From assembly GCA_964016885.1 (NCBI GenBank), contig OZ024741.1, positions 352,160,001 to 352,224,000 of the forward strand: 64,000 nucleotides of DNA. Reading direction: 5' to 3'. Shown here piece by piece: positions 27,525-42,279 of this stretch. Positions within the stretch are counted from its first letter, which is position 1. Every line of letters starts with the position of its first letter. The notes under the pieces were generated by a model that had not been told where the DNA came from, ran no database searches, and was given only the letters and a program-made list of their open reading frames with translations. The stretch is from Eledone cirrhosa. Its lineage: Eukaryota. A program made the position numbers and the translations under genes.

Positions 27525-29886
27525 CCATCATCATCATCATCACCGTTTTACGCCCGTTCTTCCACGCTAGCATGGGTTAGACGGGTTGTCCTGTTGTGGG
27601 CAGTTTCTGATCGGCTGACCATGCCTTGCTCATACAGGAACTGATTTGGCTTGATTTCTACAGCTGGATGCCCTTCCTAACACCAACCTCATTTACAGTG
27701 AGTGCTGGGTGCTTTTTCGTGGCGCCTACACGTCCACTTTACAGTGTGGGCTGGGTGCTTTTTTGCCGTGGCACCTCCACGACCACCTTGCGAGGGGGGG
27801 GGGGGGCATATTGTCTATATGCTTCAGCTTGTACCCACGGGAGGTCGGGTACTCTGTATTACTGCGTGACGCCAGAGGTCACGGTCGTGTGTCATCGCCT
27901 TTGAGAGGTGTAATTGGGTAAGGTCAGCTTTTATCACCTCATCCCAGGTCATCTTGGGTCTCCCCACTCCGCGGTTTCCATCGACTTCTAGTGTTCTGCA
28001 CCTTTTTATGCAGCTGTCATCCTTCATACGCAACACATGTCCATACCAGCGCAACCGCCTCTCCTGCACACAGCATTTGATTCCTCTTATGCTCAGTCTC
28101 TCTCTCAATTCATTTATGCTTTGTCATTCGTGTATATTACTGTTACACATCCATCGGAGCATGCAGGCTTCGTTTCTCTCTAATCTACGTAAGTCTTCCA
28201 CCTTCAGCGCCCAGGTCTCATTACCATGCAACATCGCTGTTCGGATACACGCATCAGACAGTCTGCCTTTCATTTTGAGGGAGAAGCCTTTTGCAGCTAG
28301 CAGTGGTAGTAGTTCCCTAAACTTCTTCCATCCCGTTCTTACCCTAGTTATTGTACTTTCTGAACACCCACCTCCGCTGCTAATTCAGTCACCTAGGTAG
28401 CAGAAGCTGTCTACTGCTTCTACAGAGCCCTCCCAGAGATTGGTGGTACTTGTTTCCTGTGGCTGTTTGCTGCATGTGAAGCCTACATTCTTAATTAAGC
28501 TTCCTGAGATCCCGCTACATCTCTTGTGTACCCATTGTTTGCATTTGGGGCAGAGAATGGAGTTCCTACCTACACCTTTCCTACATACTGAGCAAGGCCA
28601 TTTCCCTGAGGGGATCTGGGTTCTGTTTTCTTGTCTACTTACAAGGACCTTAGTCTTTGTCGTGTTGACTTTGAGACCCTTTCTTTCTAGTCCCTGCTTC
28701 CAAGTTTGGAATTTCTTCTCTAGTTCTACCATAGATTCAGCTATACGTGTGAGGTCATCAGCATACAGGAGTTCCCATGGGCATCCGGTCTTAAACTCCT
28801 CCGTTATTGCCTGCAGGACTATGATGAACAGGAGGGGGCTCAGAACAGAGCCCTGGTGGACCCCAACCTGTACGCTAAATTCCTCGCTATACTCATTGCT
28901 AATCCTAACTTTGCTGACTGCTCCCCTATACATGGCTTGTACCGCTTTCACAAGCCATTCATCTACTCCTAGTTTTCTAAAAGCCCACCAGATTGCAGCA
29001 CGTGGAACTCTGTCAAAGGCTTTCTCAAGGTCGACAAATGTCAGGTAGAGTGGCTTACTTTTAGCTAGGTACTTTTCCTGTAGCTGCCTGACAAGGAAGA
29101 GGGCATCAGTGGTGCCTCTTCCTGGTACAAACCCAAATTGCATCTCGTCTAGTTTCACCCTGTCCCTAATCAACTGTGCTATAACTCTTTCTGTTACTTT
29201 CGTGACCTGGTCCATCAGCTTTATACCTCTATAGTTTCCTCTATCTAGTGCATCACCTTTACCTTTGTAGCAGTTGACAATGATGCTACTGCACCAATCT
29301 TTTGGTATGACACCTTCTAGTATTACCTGGTTAACAATACGTGTGGTTATAGTGTGACCTACAGACCCAGATGCCTTCAGCATCTCGGCAGCTATACCCG
29401 ATGGACCGGTTGCCTTCCCCATCTTCATATCTTTGATTGCCTTACTTACTACGTTGCTGCTGACTTGTACTGCTGGCCCCTCTATAGGGTCTACTTGGGG
29501 TAGGGTCTCTTCTTCCCATGCATTCTCCTCATTTAGTAATCTATCATAATGACTCTTCCATGCATCTTTCTTCTCAGCACTTGTGAGGGCAAGCTCACCT
29601 TTATCATTCCGGATACACTTCTCTCCAATGACATCACAACTCTCTCTGACACACTGCCTCGCAATCTTGAACACCTCCTGTTTCTGGTCCTCACGTTGCA
29701 AAACATGCTTGAATTTTCTATCCTCTGCTTCCCTCCTAGCTAAGTATACTTGTCGCCTAGCTTCCCTCTTGGTCTCTATGTAATGTACCCTGCTCCCTAC
29801 GTTCTTTCATTCTTTCCATGCCTATCTCTTGGCCTTAACTGCCTCATCTACCTTATTGTTCCACCACCAAGTCACTCTCCTCCTGC
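27525..29886 (-). mobile_element. RTE LINE family B, 5'-truncated, with largely intact reverse transcriptase (438-aa ORF 28385-29701)
   Basis: NYRGIKL, QFGFVPGRGTTDA, FVDLEKAFDRVP, GVHQGSVLSPLLF, LLYADDL and a Cys-rich insert; (CAT)n tail. Confidence 0.97.
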
Positions 29887-30376
29887 TTGTAAATATTTGG
29901 TAACTACACTTAATAGTTCTGGGTGGAAATATTTGTAAATATAAATGGTAGTCATTGTTCAACACGGCAGAAAATATCTCTTTTGAGCTCGGAACAATAA
30001 TTATGTTTTTTGATTCAAGGTTAATTTTTTTTGTTCAATAAACATTTTTTATACCAAATTTTCTGAAATTGCTCTTAGTTCTACATTACAAACTTGCTTG
30101 TTTTAAAGTGTTTATATTTAAAATCTTCCATCATAATTTTTTGTAAGAATCTTAAGTTATGCATATCTTAATGAGAAAGTTAAAATTACTACAATAAATT
30201 CTTGATTATTTTCAAAATCATTTGAAAATCATAGCCAGTATCTTTCACTCAAAATACATACATGAAAGGGCTAATTGCTGTCCTGTCCCCACCCACATTT
30301 TTTTCCTTTAAAATAAGGGCATATTTTATGAACCCGGAAATATGGTAATTTGCACTTGCTTTTCATTATTTTCTAA

Positions 30377-30754
<378 letters not shown>

Positions 30755-31780
30755 TGAAGAGTCTTGTGGTTAAAAGCATTCAAAATATTACTATTCAGGG
30801 ATTTTACATTAACCTACAACTCTATCCATGGTACCTTAAACCAGGTAGAACCGATTCTTCTCCACACCTGAACATGGGCAATTTCTTCAGGAGAGAGAGT
30901 AAGAGACATATATAGAAGAAAAATCGGCTCCAATACTGGATTGATAACTTGCTTATCAATTTTGAACTCAAAGCTAGAATGAATACTGCCAAATAGTTTA
31001 TCCTATGTTCTTAATGACTCTAATTCTCTGCCTATTATATCTGATACTACATGGTCTGATATATTTCCCTTTTAGAGTGAAAGATTTCACTTGCATTTTG
31101 CAGGTTGGGCAACCACATATGTGTTATCTCTGTTATTCTGTAGAAAGAGATGGCCTATAGACAAAAGTTGAGAGATTTGTTTTTGGATGATTGGAGAGAT
31201 GTATTGTTGGCATACAAGTAAAAGCTGTTGCGTATTGTCTACATCGGATCAATGTCTATGGATGTTAGAAAACAGGATGGAAAATTCCCCATTAGTTTTA
31301 GGTTTTCGTCATCTATGGAGTATGTGCATTGTGTGGTTGTGATAACCAAGGCCATCACCTACAATATATAACTCCGTTCTTCCAGTTAGAGACCCTATTC
31401 TCCCCACCGAAATAGTCTTAAATGACAGTTTGATAGCTGACAAACTAAGTTTGCAAAACTTTTTACTTGGACCACACAAAATTAAGCCTGCATTTTTACC
31501 TCACAGTTCAGATTCAACCATGCAAACCATGTGATAGTCTTTACACCATGTGATGCTCTCTATTGCTTTGGATTATATATTTAAGTTAATCATACAGCTT
31601 AGTATAAAACTGTGATACTTTAAGGTTCAGTAATGCACCTATCTGAGGTGTGCACCCTAGACACCATCCTAGTTGGTTCTGATGATACCAAAGTCTTGGT
31701 ATTATAATTTTGTGCTCACCTGCTTAAGTGTACATAGTGTGTGTGTGTATGTATATATGAGTGTGTGTGTGTATATATAT

Positions 31781-31811
<31 letters not shown>

Positions 31812-31813
<2 letters not shown>

Positions 31814-32520
31814 CATCATCACCACCACTATTTTATATCCATTTTTCCATGCTAGTATAGGTTAGACGAGTTTTCCTGTTGTGGGAAAAGCTAGGTCAGG
31901 TGACCATGTCTTGGTCATACAGAACTGATTTTGGTTTGGTTTCTACAGCTGGATGCTCTTCCTAATGCCAACCTCATTTACAGTGAGTGCTGGGTGCTTT
32001 TGTCATGACACCTTTCTACATGACCACTTTACAGTGTAGACTGGGTGCCTTTTGTCGTGATATCTACACGACCATTTTACATTGTGGGCTAGGGATTTCT
32101 CTGGAAGTATACTTCGGACTCTCCCATAATATATGGGAGGGTGGGGTGGTGCAAACTGTATACATGCTTCAGTCTGTGCTTGTGGGAATTCTGGTCTTCT
32201 GTAATATGCATAATGCCAGAGATGTCGGTCCTGTCTCATCACCTTTGAGAGGTGCAATTGGGCAAGGTCAGCTTTTATTACCCCATCCCAAGTCTTCCTG
32301 GCTTGCCCCACTCCAAGGTTTGCATCAACTCTTAATGCTCTGCTCATTTTTATACAGCTGTCATTCTTCATATGTATCACACGTCGATACCATCGCAATC
32401 TCCTCTCTTGCACACAGCATTTGATTTCTCTTATGCCTAGTTTCTTTTTCAATTCGTTTATGCTTTGCCGTTCACTTATATTGCTATAACATTCATTGGA
32501 GCACGCAAGCTTCATTTCTT
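31812..32520 (-). mobile_element. Degenerate RTE LINE 3' fragment
   Basis: [29 protein letters not shown]; shared UTR and tail. Confidence 0.88.
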
Positions 32521-32986
32521 TTTCAATGTGAAATACTCATTAAGAATTGGTTGTAGATAATTTCCCTTTCCCACATAATTGCACTCATATTCAGCTATTC
32601 TAGCCACAAATAAAACAAGTCTGTTAACAAATAAATAAACAATTAATTAATTAATTAATAAATAAATAACCACGTGGTTTTATGTTCAGTCTCACCGCAC
32701 CACACCTCGGTCATGTGTCTTCTATAGTTGTGAATTAATCAGTGCCTTGTGAGTAGAATTTGGTAGAGAAACTGTATAAGATTGTGTGTGTGTGTTTATG
32801 CCGCGGAAAAAAGAGAGGGATCGGGAAAAATAAGTACCAGATTTGAAAAAAAATAATACTGGAGTCATGATTAAAAAAATAAACCATTAGATGAAAAATT
32901 GTTACAAATTATGACCGTGAATTTCGAAGGGAGATAATTTGGTATCGTTCACTCCTGGAGTTATCGACCTTGTACATGAATATTAA

Positions 32987-33555
<569 letters not shown>

Positions 33556-35509
33556 CACAATGTATTGGGTAGATTTACATAACGGAATGTGCCCAATATA
33601 TAAGTTCATTAACAGGTGTGATACAGCTGAATGCAGGTGTTTTCGCATATAATGTGTTTTCGCATATAATGTGTTCCAATATTTTTTTTTATACTTTTTT
33701 TTCAATATTTCTGTTGTGGAATTAGCTAAAACATCCTTTACATAGTGAAACTTTGCAAAAGTAAAAAGAGGTTTCAATTTGATAACCTTTACCGAATTTT
33801 CTCTTTTGCGAAGAGCACATTCGGCAAACCTTCTTCTTCCCATTAATTTTCTCTATTTTATGAAAATCAATATTTTCTTTGTTTACCTCAGATAATTTTG
33901 ATTTTCTCCCAGCTTTGTGTTTGTGAAAAGTATATCCTCCACGTAGTTAAGATGCAATGTCCACATAAGATTTCATGTGGCAGTAGTCCTTTGGTGGCGG
34001 CGGATCCATGTCGCTTTTAGTGAATACAATGAAAGATTTCACAATGGTTGAATTCATTAAAAACCCAAAATATACTTCCACCATTTCTTTCCTGGACGTC
34101 CAACCGGGTAATAGGCACAATACTGGTCGGATTTATTGCAAGAGAGGTTAACTAAAGGTTTGCGTTCAGCCCCCAAAATTAAAGAGGGCTCTGTGAAAGG
34201 GTCTACACAATATTACTCAAAATGACTTCATGTGCAATGAGTGTGGCCAAATTTGCTTCAGTAATGGTGGTCTTAGAATATTGCCAATTATTGTCTCTTT
34301 GGCATTTCTTCCTGTCAGAAGTTTAGAAAAGAATGTGCTTCAGCTGGTGGACCCCAACATCATTTGAAAACTTATCAAAACAAAACAGTGAACCAAAGTG
34401 AATGTAATGCTCATCACTGCAGCATATGCAGAAAAGGCTAAAGAGTAGTGTTTGCGCCACCGGTCCCCCCACTCACACACGGGTGCCATGAACATATATG
34501 CATACACACAATATAGACATATAGACACACATGGTAATCAGACTAATTCTTTAACCTATGTAAACTGGCATGACTGGCCCTTGGTAATTTGACACCTTAA
34601 TCTAGTGACCATCCCAGAATTTTAACAAGCATAGTATCTCCCACACATTGCTAGCATTGTGTTCCTAACTACAGAGGCATATCAAAAACAAAAACATTAC
34701 TACTGTCTAATGAAAACACGCCAAATGGTTTTTATGCAATCATTTGATCTTTGAAATACATACAATGATTATATAATAAACAGGATGTATACTTAAATCA
34801 TATCACTTTGTAATATTGACACACTGCCTGATACCTTATTGATAATACTTTAAGGAACCCAAGTCATGGAGTGCTTTACATCTGTTTACACTATTGTTGG
34901 CCGATTAATTGATCAACGAATGTTTCTTTACTTGAATAATGTGTGTGTGTGTCTATATGTTTTTTTAACTGAATAAGAGACAAATAAACAAAAACTAGGG
35001 AGATATTATATATACCTTTTTATTGTTTGTGCCACAAAAAATTCTAGCATTTATATTTCATTTTAATTAGAAGTGTCCCAACCATTAGGTAGCCATTTTT
35101 GTTACATTTTTAAAACTATTTTCTTCAAAAACCACATGCAGATTGTATCCTCTGCAAGAATTAGCAGTGTAGACATTGGATTTTTACACTATACTGCAGA
35201 ATATTGAATATGTAATTGCTGGATGTCTTATTATAGAATACATACAATTCAAACCAATTCAGAGCCTTCTCACTCCTGTTGAAGAAACCCTTCCCTGGTT
35301 GACCTCCACCACTGTGCTGTTTTGGTCACATCAGGTGTATAGTCTTACTCACCATGCTTGACTAATTGCAAATTGATGAGGCTATTTAACCCATAGTTGC
35401 ACTGGATGGCGATTGACTCTGAGGAGTTCATCCACCCTTTTAACAGCTCCTGTTTTTTTTTGTGCTGCTGAGGTTCGACTTACCCTCTTCACCAGACTCT
35501 CTCTCTCTG

Positions 35510-35542
<33 letters not shown>

Positions 35543-35550
35543 ATATTAGT

Positions 35551-35878
35551 GGAGGCACATGGCTTAGTGGTTAGAGCATTGGCCTTGCAATCGAAAGGTT
35601 GTGAGTTCAATTCTCAGACTGGGTGATGTGTTGTTTCCTTGAGCAAGGCACTTTATTTCACATTGCTCCAGTTTACTCAGCTGTAGAAATGAGATGATAG
35701 GGACTGGGGTTCAAATCATTCCACTGCAAAGTGGTCGTGTAGGTGCCACGGCAAAAAAGCACCCAGCACTCACTGTAAATGAGGTTGGTGTTAGGAACGG
35801 CATCCAGCTGTAGAAATCAAGCCAGAATCAGTTCCCGTCCCACCCTTGCAAGCAGGGAAAAAGCGGACGTAAAATGAA
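35551..35878 (+). mobile_element. SINE family 2, full length
   Basis: A-box TGGCTTAGTGG, B-box GAGTTCAATTC, TCCTTGAGCAAGGCACTT core, RTE-type tail. Confidence 0.92.
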
Positions 35879-36086
35879 ATTAAATGAATTATGAATGTAT
35901 ATATTTTGCATTGCTTTTCATGACAGGATTGGGGCATCTACTATTAAAACATCTAAGAAATTTACTTTGAGGATGTAACCTTGTTGGAGGTCAGCTAAAC
36001 CTGCATAGCTGTGAGCTGTAAATTACATGTTTCATATACACATATACACAACTTCAGACACATAGTATGTATTAGATATTTATTGA

Positions 36087-36254
<168 letters not shown>

Positions 36255-36759
36255 TAGTCTTATGTTGTACATTGTGTGTGTGTGGTAGGTGGATGTGGTT
36301 ATGATGCTAGATGGTAGTGGTATTCATGATGATGATAATGGTGGCAATGGTGGATGGTGCTATGCTGTCTCTGCACGCACATACTCACACACGATTGTAT
36401 TTATAAATGCACACTCACACTCACACACGCACACAAATATTTCACATTTTGAAATAGAAATATATTGTCACATTCTTTTAGCTTTTATTATGTGCCTCTC
36501 TCTTTCTCTAACTATAAACACACACAACATACATTTGTATCAAAGACGTGACAACTTCCCTAGTGACACAATCTAGAGCACCCAGTGTGCCTTTTATCCA
36601 TCCATTAACTCATGTTAAGTACTTACTCAGTCTGTGACGGCCTGTGCAACCCTTACTAGCAGGGTATTAAATGATGATTATATACCCAACAAAAAGCATT
36701 TGAAGGCCATCTGCCCATATGTTTATGTATGTACGTAAGCTATCGAAATTTATAGTTAT

Positions 36760-37780
36760 AGGCCCAAAGGACTAATCAAGGAGATGAAAAATAGTAAAGC
36801 TGTGGGAGCGTCTGAGATAGTCGCTGAGATGTTGAAAGCCTCTGGTGAAGTAAGAGGTGAACTCATCACCTGCATATTCAATATGAGAAGGAAGATGAGT
36901 TAGACATGTATGGCATAGAGAACAATTGGAAGTTCCTCAGTGATAACCCATCACTGACTACTGAAATGACTTATGACTGGAGCAAAGCACTAGCCACACA
37001 GATGGTTACCTGGTGGTGGAACAGCAGAGTAAATAGAGCTATTAAAGCCAAGAGACAAGCATGGAAAGACTGGAAAAATGGGGACAGCAGAGACTGGTAC
37101 TTGGTAGCTAAAAAGAGAGGCTAGACGACTGGTGTACATAGCATGAAAAGAGGCTGGAAGCAAGAGCTTTTCCAATGTCTTGCAACTTGAAGATCAGAAA
37201 CGCGAGGGGTTCCGCATTGCAAGGCAGTTTGTCAATGTAAATCCAGATATTGGTTGGGAAAAGTGTGTTCAAAATAATACTAATGTATATAGCATCAGTG
37301 ATATTCAAAAGGAGGAGGCCTCGAAATGTTTCTATGAAAGGTTAATGAATGGGAAGAAGGGTGCCTACCCCCAACTGAGGGACCAGCTATTGAAATTGAT
37401 AGTTATAGGGTCAAAGAAGCATTCAAGATGATGAAAAATTGTAAACCCACGGGGCTGTCTGAGATAGTTGCTGTGATGCTGAAAACAACTGCGGCAGTAG
37501 TTGAACTAGTCACCTGCATAGTCAATCTGAAAATACAGGACAGGACAAAGACTAGTGCAGTAGCATAGCCGTTAATTGCTACAAGGGAAAAGATGATTCT
37601 CTAGAAAGGAGAATAAAACTAACGGATCATTATGAAAGTGACAGAAAGAGCTTTAGCACAACTAATGAAGAAAGAGCCAAATTAAATGAAATGCAATTCG
37701 GTTTCATACCAGGGAGGAGTACCACTGATGCCCTCTTTTTAGTAAGACAACTGCATGAGAAAGCTTGCCTGGCAAAGAGT
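36760..37780 (+). mobile_element. Degenerate RTE LINE internal fragment
   Basis: TWWWNSRVNRAIKAKRQAWKDWK, EDQKREGFRIARQ and MQFGFIPGRSTTDALF, with stops and frameshifts. Confidence 0.85.
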
Positions 37781-38086
37781 TGAGTGGACCCTTTAGCCAT
37801 GTGAAGGACATGACAGCCTCCCTAGTGTTGGTGATCTACATGATAAATGTACCTAATACACACTGTAACGTTATTGGTGATAGGAAGGGCATCCAGCTGT
37901 AGAAATCTTGACTGTTCATAAAGTGATACACAGATGCCTCGGAGATCAGTGGCTCTGCTTCAGTATGACTTCGTCTATGTAGATCCGTCCAGCTAGCATG
38001 ATGATGATGATGTATTAGAAGCGCTCCATCATTGTACTCCATCCGTAATACAAACAGAACTGTCAAACTGAATAAGAATGGTATAT

Positions 38087-39800
38087 CATCATCATCATTT
38101 AACGTCCATCTTCCACGCCAGCATGTGTAGGATGGGCTGTCCCTTTGTCTTTGTGAGAGATCAGGTCTTGGGACTGTGAATTCACTCACAGAATTGATTT
38201 TGGCTTGGTTTCTACAGCTGGATGTCCTTCCTAATGCCAACCACATTTACAGTGAGTGCTGGTTGCTTTTTGCTGTGTCGCTGTCAAGGCCACTTTACTC
38301 TGTGGGCTGGAGGCTTCACTGGATGTATGTTTCAGTCTGTCCTCATGGGACTGGGTGGGTTGGGCTGGTGGATACTATTTATATGCTTCAGTATCGGCCT
38401 GTGCTCATGGGAAGTCTGGCCTTCTGTAATACAGCGTAATGCCAGAGATCTTGGTCATGTGTCATGCCTTTGAGAGGTGCAACTGGGCAAAGTCAACTTA
38501 TCAACTCGTTCCAAGTCTTCCTGGGTCTTCCCATTCCATGGCTTCCATTGACTATGAACACTCGCACCTTTTTATACAGCTGCCATCCTTCATAAGCATC
38601 ACATGCCTATACCAATGCAATCTCCTCTCCTGCACACTGCATCTGATTCCTCTTATGCCTAGTTTCTCTTTCATTACGTTTATGCTTTGCCGTTCATGTA
38701 TATTACTATTATGCATCCATTGGAGCATGCAAGCTTCATTCCTTTCCAGTCTATGCAAGTCTTCTGCACATAGCGCCCAGATCTCACTACCATGCAACAT
38801 TGCTGTTTGTATGCATTATGCATGTATCTTAATGTCTGCCTTTCATTTTGAGGGAAAAGCTTTTTGTAGCCAGCAGTGGTAGTAGCTCCCTGAACTTCTT
38901 CCATCCTGTTTTTACTCTGGCTACTGTACTTTCAAAACATCCACCTCTGCTGCTAATTTCTACCGAGCCTTCACAGAATTTGATAGTGATTGTTTCCTGT
39001 GATCGTTTTGTTGCTTACTTCCCTAGTGCAACTGCTACATATAAAGACTACATTCTTATCTAAATTTCCTGAGATCCCGCTACATCTATTGTGTACCCAT
39101 AGTTTGCATTTGGAGCAGAGCATGGAATTTCTACCTGCACCTTTCCTACATACTGAGCAAGGCCATTTTCCTGAGGGGATCAGGGTTCTGTTTTGTTACT
39201 AGGACCTTAGTATTTGTCAGGTTGACTTTAGACCCCTTGTTTCTAGGCCTTGCTTCCATGTTTGGACTTTCTTCCCTAGTTCCGCCATAGATTCCTGTAT
39301 GTCTGTCAGATAATCCATGTACTTCTCTGTTGTAGCCTGTAGTACGATGATAAACAGGAGAAAGGCTAAGAACAGAGCCCTGGTGGATGCCAACCTGTAC
39401 ACTAAATTCCTCACTATAGTCATTGTTAATCCTAACTTTGCTGACTGCTCCCCTATACATGGTTTGTACAGCATCCACAAGCCACTTATCTCGTATTTTC
39501 TCAGTGCCCACCAGATTATGGCACAGGGCAGGTAGAGCGACTTACTTTTAGCTAGGTACTTTTCCTGTAACTGCTTCACCAGGAAGAGAGCATCTGTCGG
39601 GTACAAATCTGAACTGCATCTTGTTTAGATTTTCCCAATCCCTTATTAGCTGTGCTATAACTCTTTCTGTTACTTTCATGATCTGGTCCATCAGCTTGAT
39701 GCTTCTATAGCTTCCTCTATAAAGTGCATCACCTTTACCCTTGTAGCAGTTGACAATGATGCTGCTGCACCAATCATTTGGTGTGACACCATCTAGTATT
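38087..39800 (-). mobile_element. Degenerate RTE LINE family B copy
   Basis: Colinear with 27525-29330 (TDALFLVKQLQEKYLAK, GIHQGSVLS, MLHGSEIWAL). Confidence 0.92.
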
Positions 39801-39894
39801 ATTTGATTTCAGCATCTCATCAACGAAATAAATATACACACACACATATATATGTCTGTGTGTGTGTGCATATACGTGTCAACACGCACGCGCG

Positions 39895-40425
39895 CACATA
39901 GAGAAAAAAGTTATAGCACAGCTGATGAGGGACTAGATTAACTTCGATGAGATGCAGTTTGGATTTGTGATAGGTAAAAGTACCACTGCCACCCTCTTCC
40001 CTGTGAAGCAACCACAGGAGAAATACTAAGCTAAAAGTAAGCCCCTCGACCTGGCATTTGTTGATCTGAAGAAACTCCATCATATGCCCCAAATGCAAAT
40101 TATGGGTGCAAAGAGATATAGTGGGATCTGAGGTATGTTAGCAAAGAATGCAGGTTTTGTATTTGGTCATTGCACAGGTGCAGTAAGTAACAACAGCCCA
40201 CAGGATATTAGCTCCTTCAAATGCCAAGTGGGCTTTGTAGAAGTAGTTGATAGTTTCCATTACCTGGGCTACCAAATTAGCAGTGGAGGTGGATGTTTCG
40301 AAAGCACTGTAGCGAGAATGAGAAGAGGATGGAGAAAGTTCAGGGAGCTACTACCGCTGCTAGCCATAAAAGATTTTTCCATCAAGATAAAGGGCAGACT
40401 GTATGATGCGTGTATACGAACAACA
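39895..40425 (+). mobile_element. Internally deleted RTE fragment
   Basis: VEVVDSFHYLGYQISSGGGC...GWRKFRELLPLL. Confidence 0.85.
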
Positions 40426-40429
40426 ATTG

Positions 40430-40620
40430 AGTTCCGATTGTTTCGTTTTCTTTTCCTTCTGTGTGTCTCTGCTTTTGCTTAGCTGATTTATATCTGCCAA
40501 CGCAACTAGGGTTTGATATTGCCCTTGTTCTTGACGTTGTAAGCTTAACTTTGAAAAAGTTCTTGTCGATGCTGTTGCCACAGATGTTGTAGCAACATGC
40601 AAATGTATTCAATTGTATAG
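40430..40620 (-). mobile_element. Possible hAT transposase C-terminal dimerization remnant
   Basis: VATTSVATASTRTFSKLSL resembles the hAT motif PVTxASAERxFSKLKL. Confidence 0.4.
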
Positions 40621-41274
40621 ATAAGCATGATTGTGTACATAGCGATAATTTAAAAAAAAAAAATTGAAGTCCATTTTCTTCTTTGAAAGTTGTTCTTTTC
40701 ATTGTTAATCAGACTATGTTAGTAAGTCGGGATCACTAAATATTGCGAGACAAATGATATAGCTACTATTGTTTGTGTATTTTATCCAAAAGATACATGC
40801 TACATCAGAAGGGTGTGAAGATGATCAGTGAATAGCTTGCTTGTTGATTTACAAGTGAGCAAATGAAGTGTCTCAATGAGTGAAGAGAAGTTTTGCCATG
40901 TTCGAGGAAGCAAGGTTTTGCTACCTGTATATAGTTATATGCATAATACATATAACTGCATTTCTTCAGGAAAATGTCAGAAGGAACAAAGTTAACCAAG
41001 TTCAAATAGTATGATGACTTGACTTCATATCAAACACTGAGCATAAAGCAAGCAATTAAATAGCAAAAGAAAATATTTGAGGTTTTTTACCCTGCACGAT
41101 TATAGGTTGAGGTACAATCATTACATCATTACTATTTACAATACTATTAATTATTTTTCCTTATATGACTAGACTAATATTCATTGTTAGACTTGCAGGA
41201 GTGGAAATTATTTTAGAGGTAGCACTGAGTTTGTTGAAGTTAAAAGCATTACTTATTTATTATTTACAATCAAC

Positions 41275-41995
41275 ATCATCATCATCATCATCATCATTTT
41301 ACGTCCGCTTTTCCCTGCTTGCAAGGGTGGGATTCTCCACCGTGAGCTTCAGCGGTCTGTTCTCACCACCACCGCCCATGTTTTTCGTGGTCTACCACGT
41401 CTTCCTTCAACTGGCATTTCCTGGCACTTCTTCTCCCATGCGCATCACATGTTCATACCACCTCAGTCTCCTCTCTCGCACACTACATTCTATCCCTCTC
41501 AGACACAGTTTCTCTCTCAACACATTCATGATGGGTCGTTCACGCACATTGACATTGCACATCCAACAGAGCATGCTTGCCTCATTTCTCTCCAGCCGTC
41601 GCATATCCTCTGCAGTTGTTGGTCATGTCTCACTACCATGCAGCATCGCGCTCCTCACACAGGTATCATATAACCGGCCTTTCGTACGCAGGGAGAAACC
41701 TTTCTTTGTCAGCAGAGGAAGCAGCTCCCTAAACTTCTTCCAACCTGTCTTTATTCTAGATACTACGGCCTCAGAACACCCCCCTCACATGCTAATCTGA
41801 TCTTCTAGGTACCGGAAGCTATCCACCACTTCTATAGCACCCGCCTGTATTTGAAAAATGTGTCTATCAATGCGACTTCTACTGTCTAATTTCCCTGTAC
41901 ATCTACTGCATACGTATTTCTCCCTACCTGTTAGCTTGCCTGCTATCCCGCTACATCTCTTGTGTACCCAGGATCTGCATTGTGTGCATTTTATA
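41275..41995 (-). mobile_element. RTE LINE 3' fragment (third subfamily; tail matches SINE family 2)
   Basis: [23 protein letters not shown]...RLRWY; end TTTTACGTCCGCTTTTCCCTGCTTGCAAGGGTGGGA. Confidence 0.88.
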
Positions 41996-42157
41996 GTATG
42001 TTAGAATGGTATATTTGATATATTTTGTTAGATTTGCAAAGTGGAAATTATTTAAGAAGCAATAACAATAAGTTGGGATTTCCTATAAGCAATATATATA
42101 TATATATCATCATCATCATCGTTTAACGGCCATCTTCCACGCTAGCATGGGTTTGGG

Positions 42158-42192
<35 letters not shown>

Positions 42193-42279
42193 GCATATGT
42201 AAATTACCATTAATATTAATCTTGTTCTATTTTAGAAGCTATGTTTTTTCCTAAATGGGATGCGGGGGTGTCAGAACCA

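Noticed and set aside
28440-29048. 202-aa plus-strand ORF
   Set aside because: Antisense shadow of the RTE reverse transcriptase
31050-31330. Possible LINE endonuclease remnant on the minus strand
   Set aside because: Similarity too weak to support without a search
35551-35625. tRNA-like sequence
   Set aside because: It is the head of a multi-copy SINE; the acceptor stem does not close
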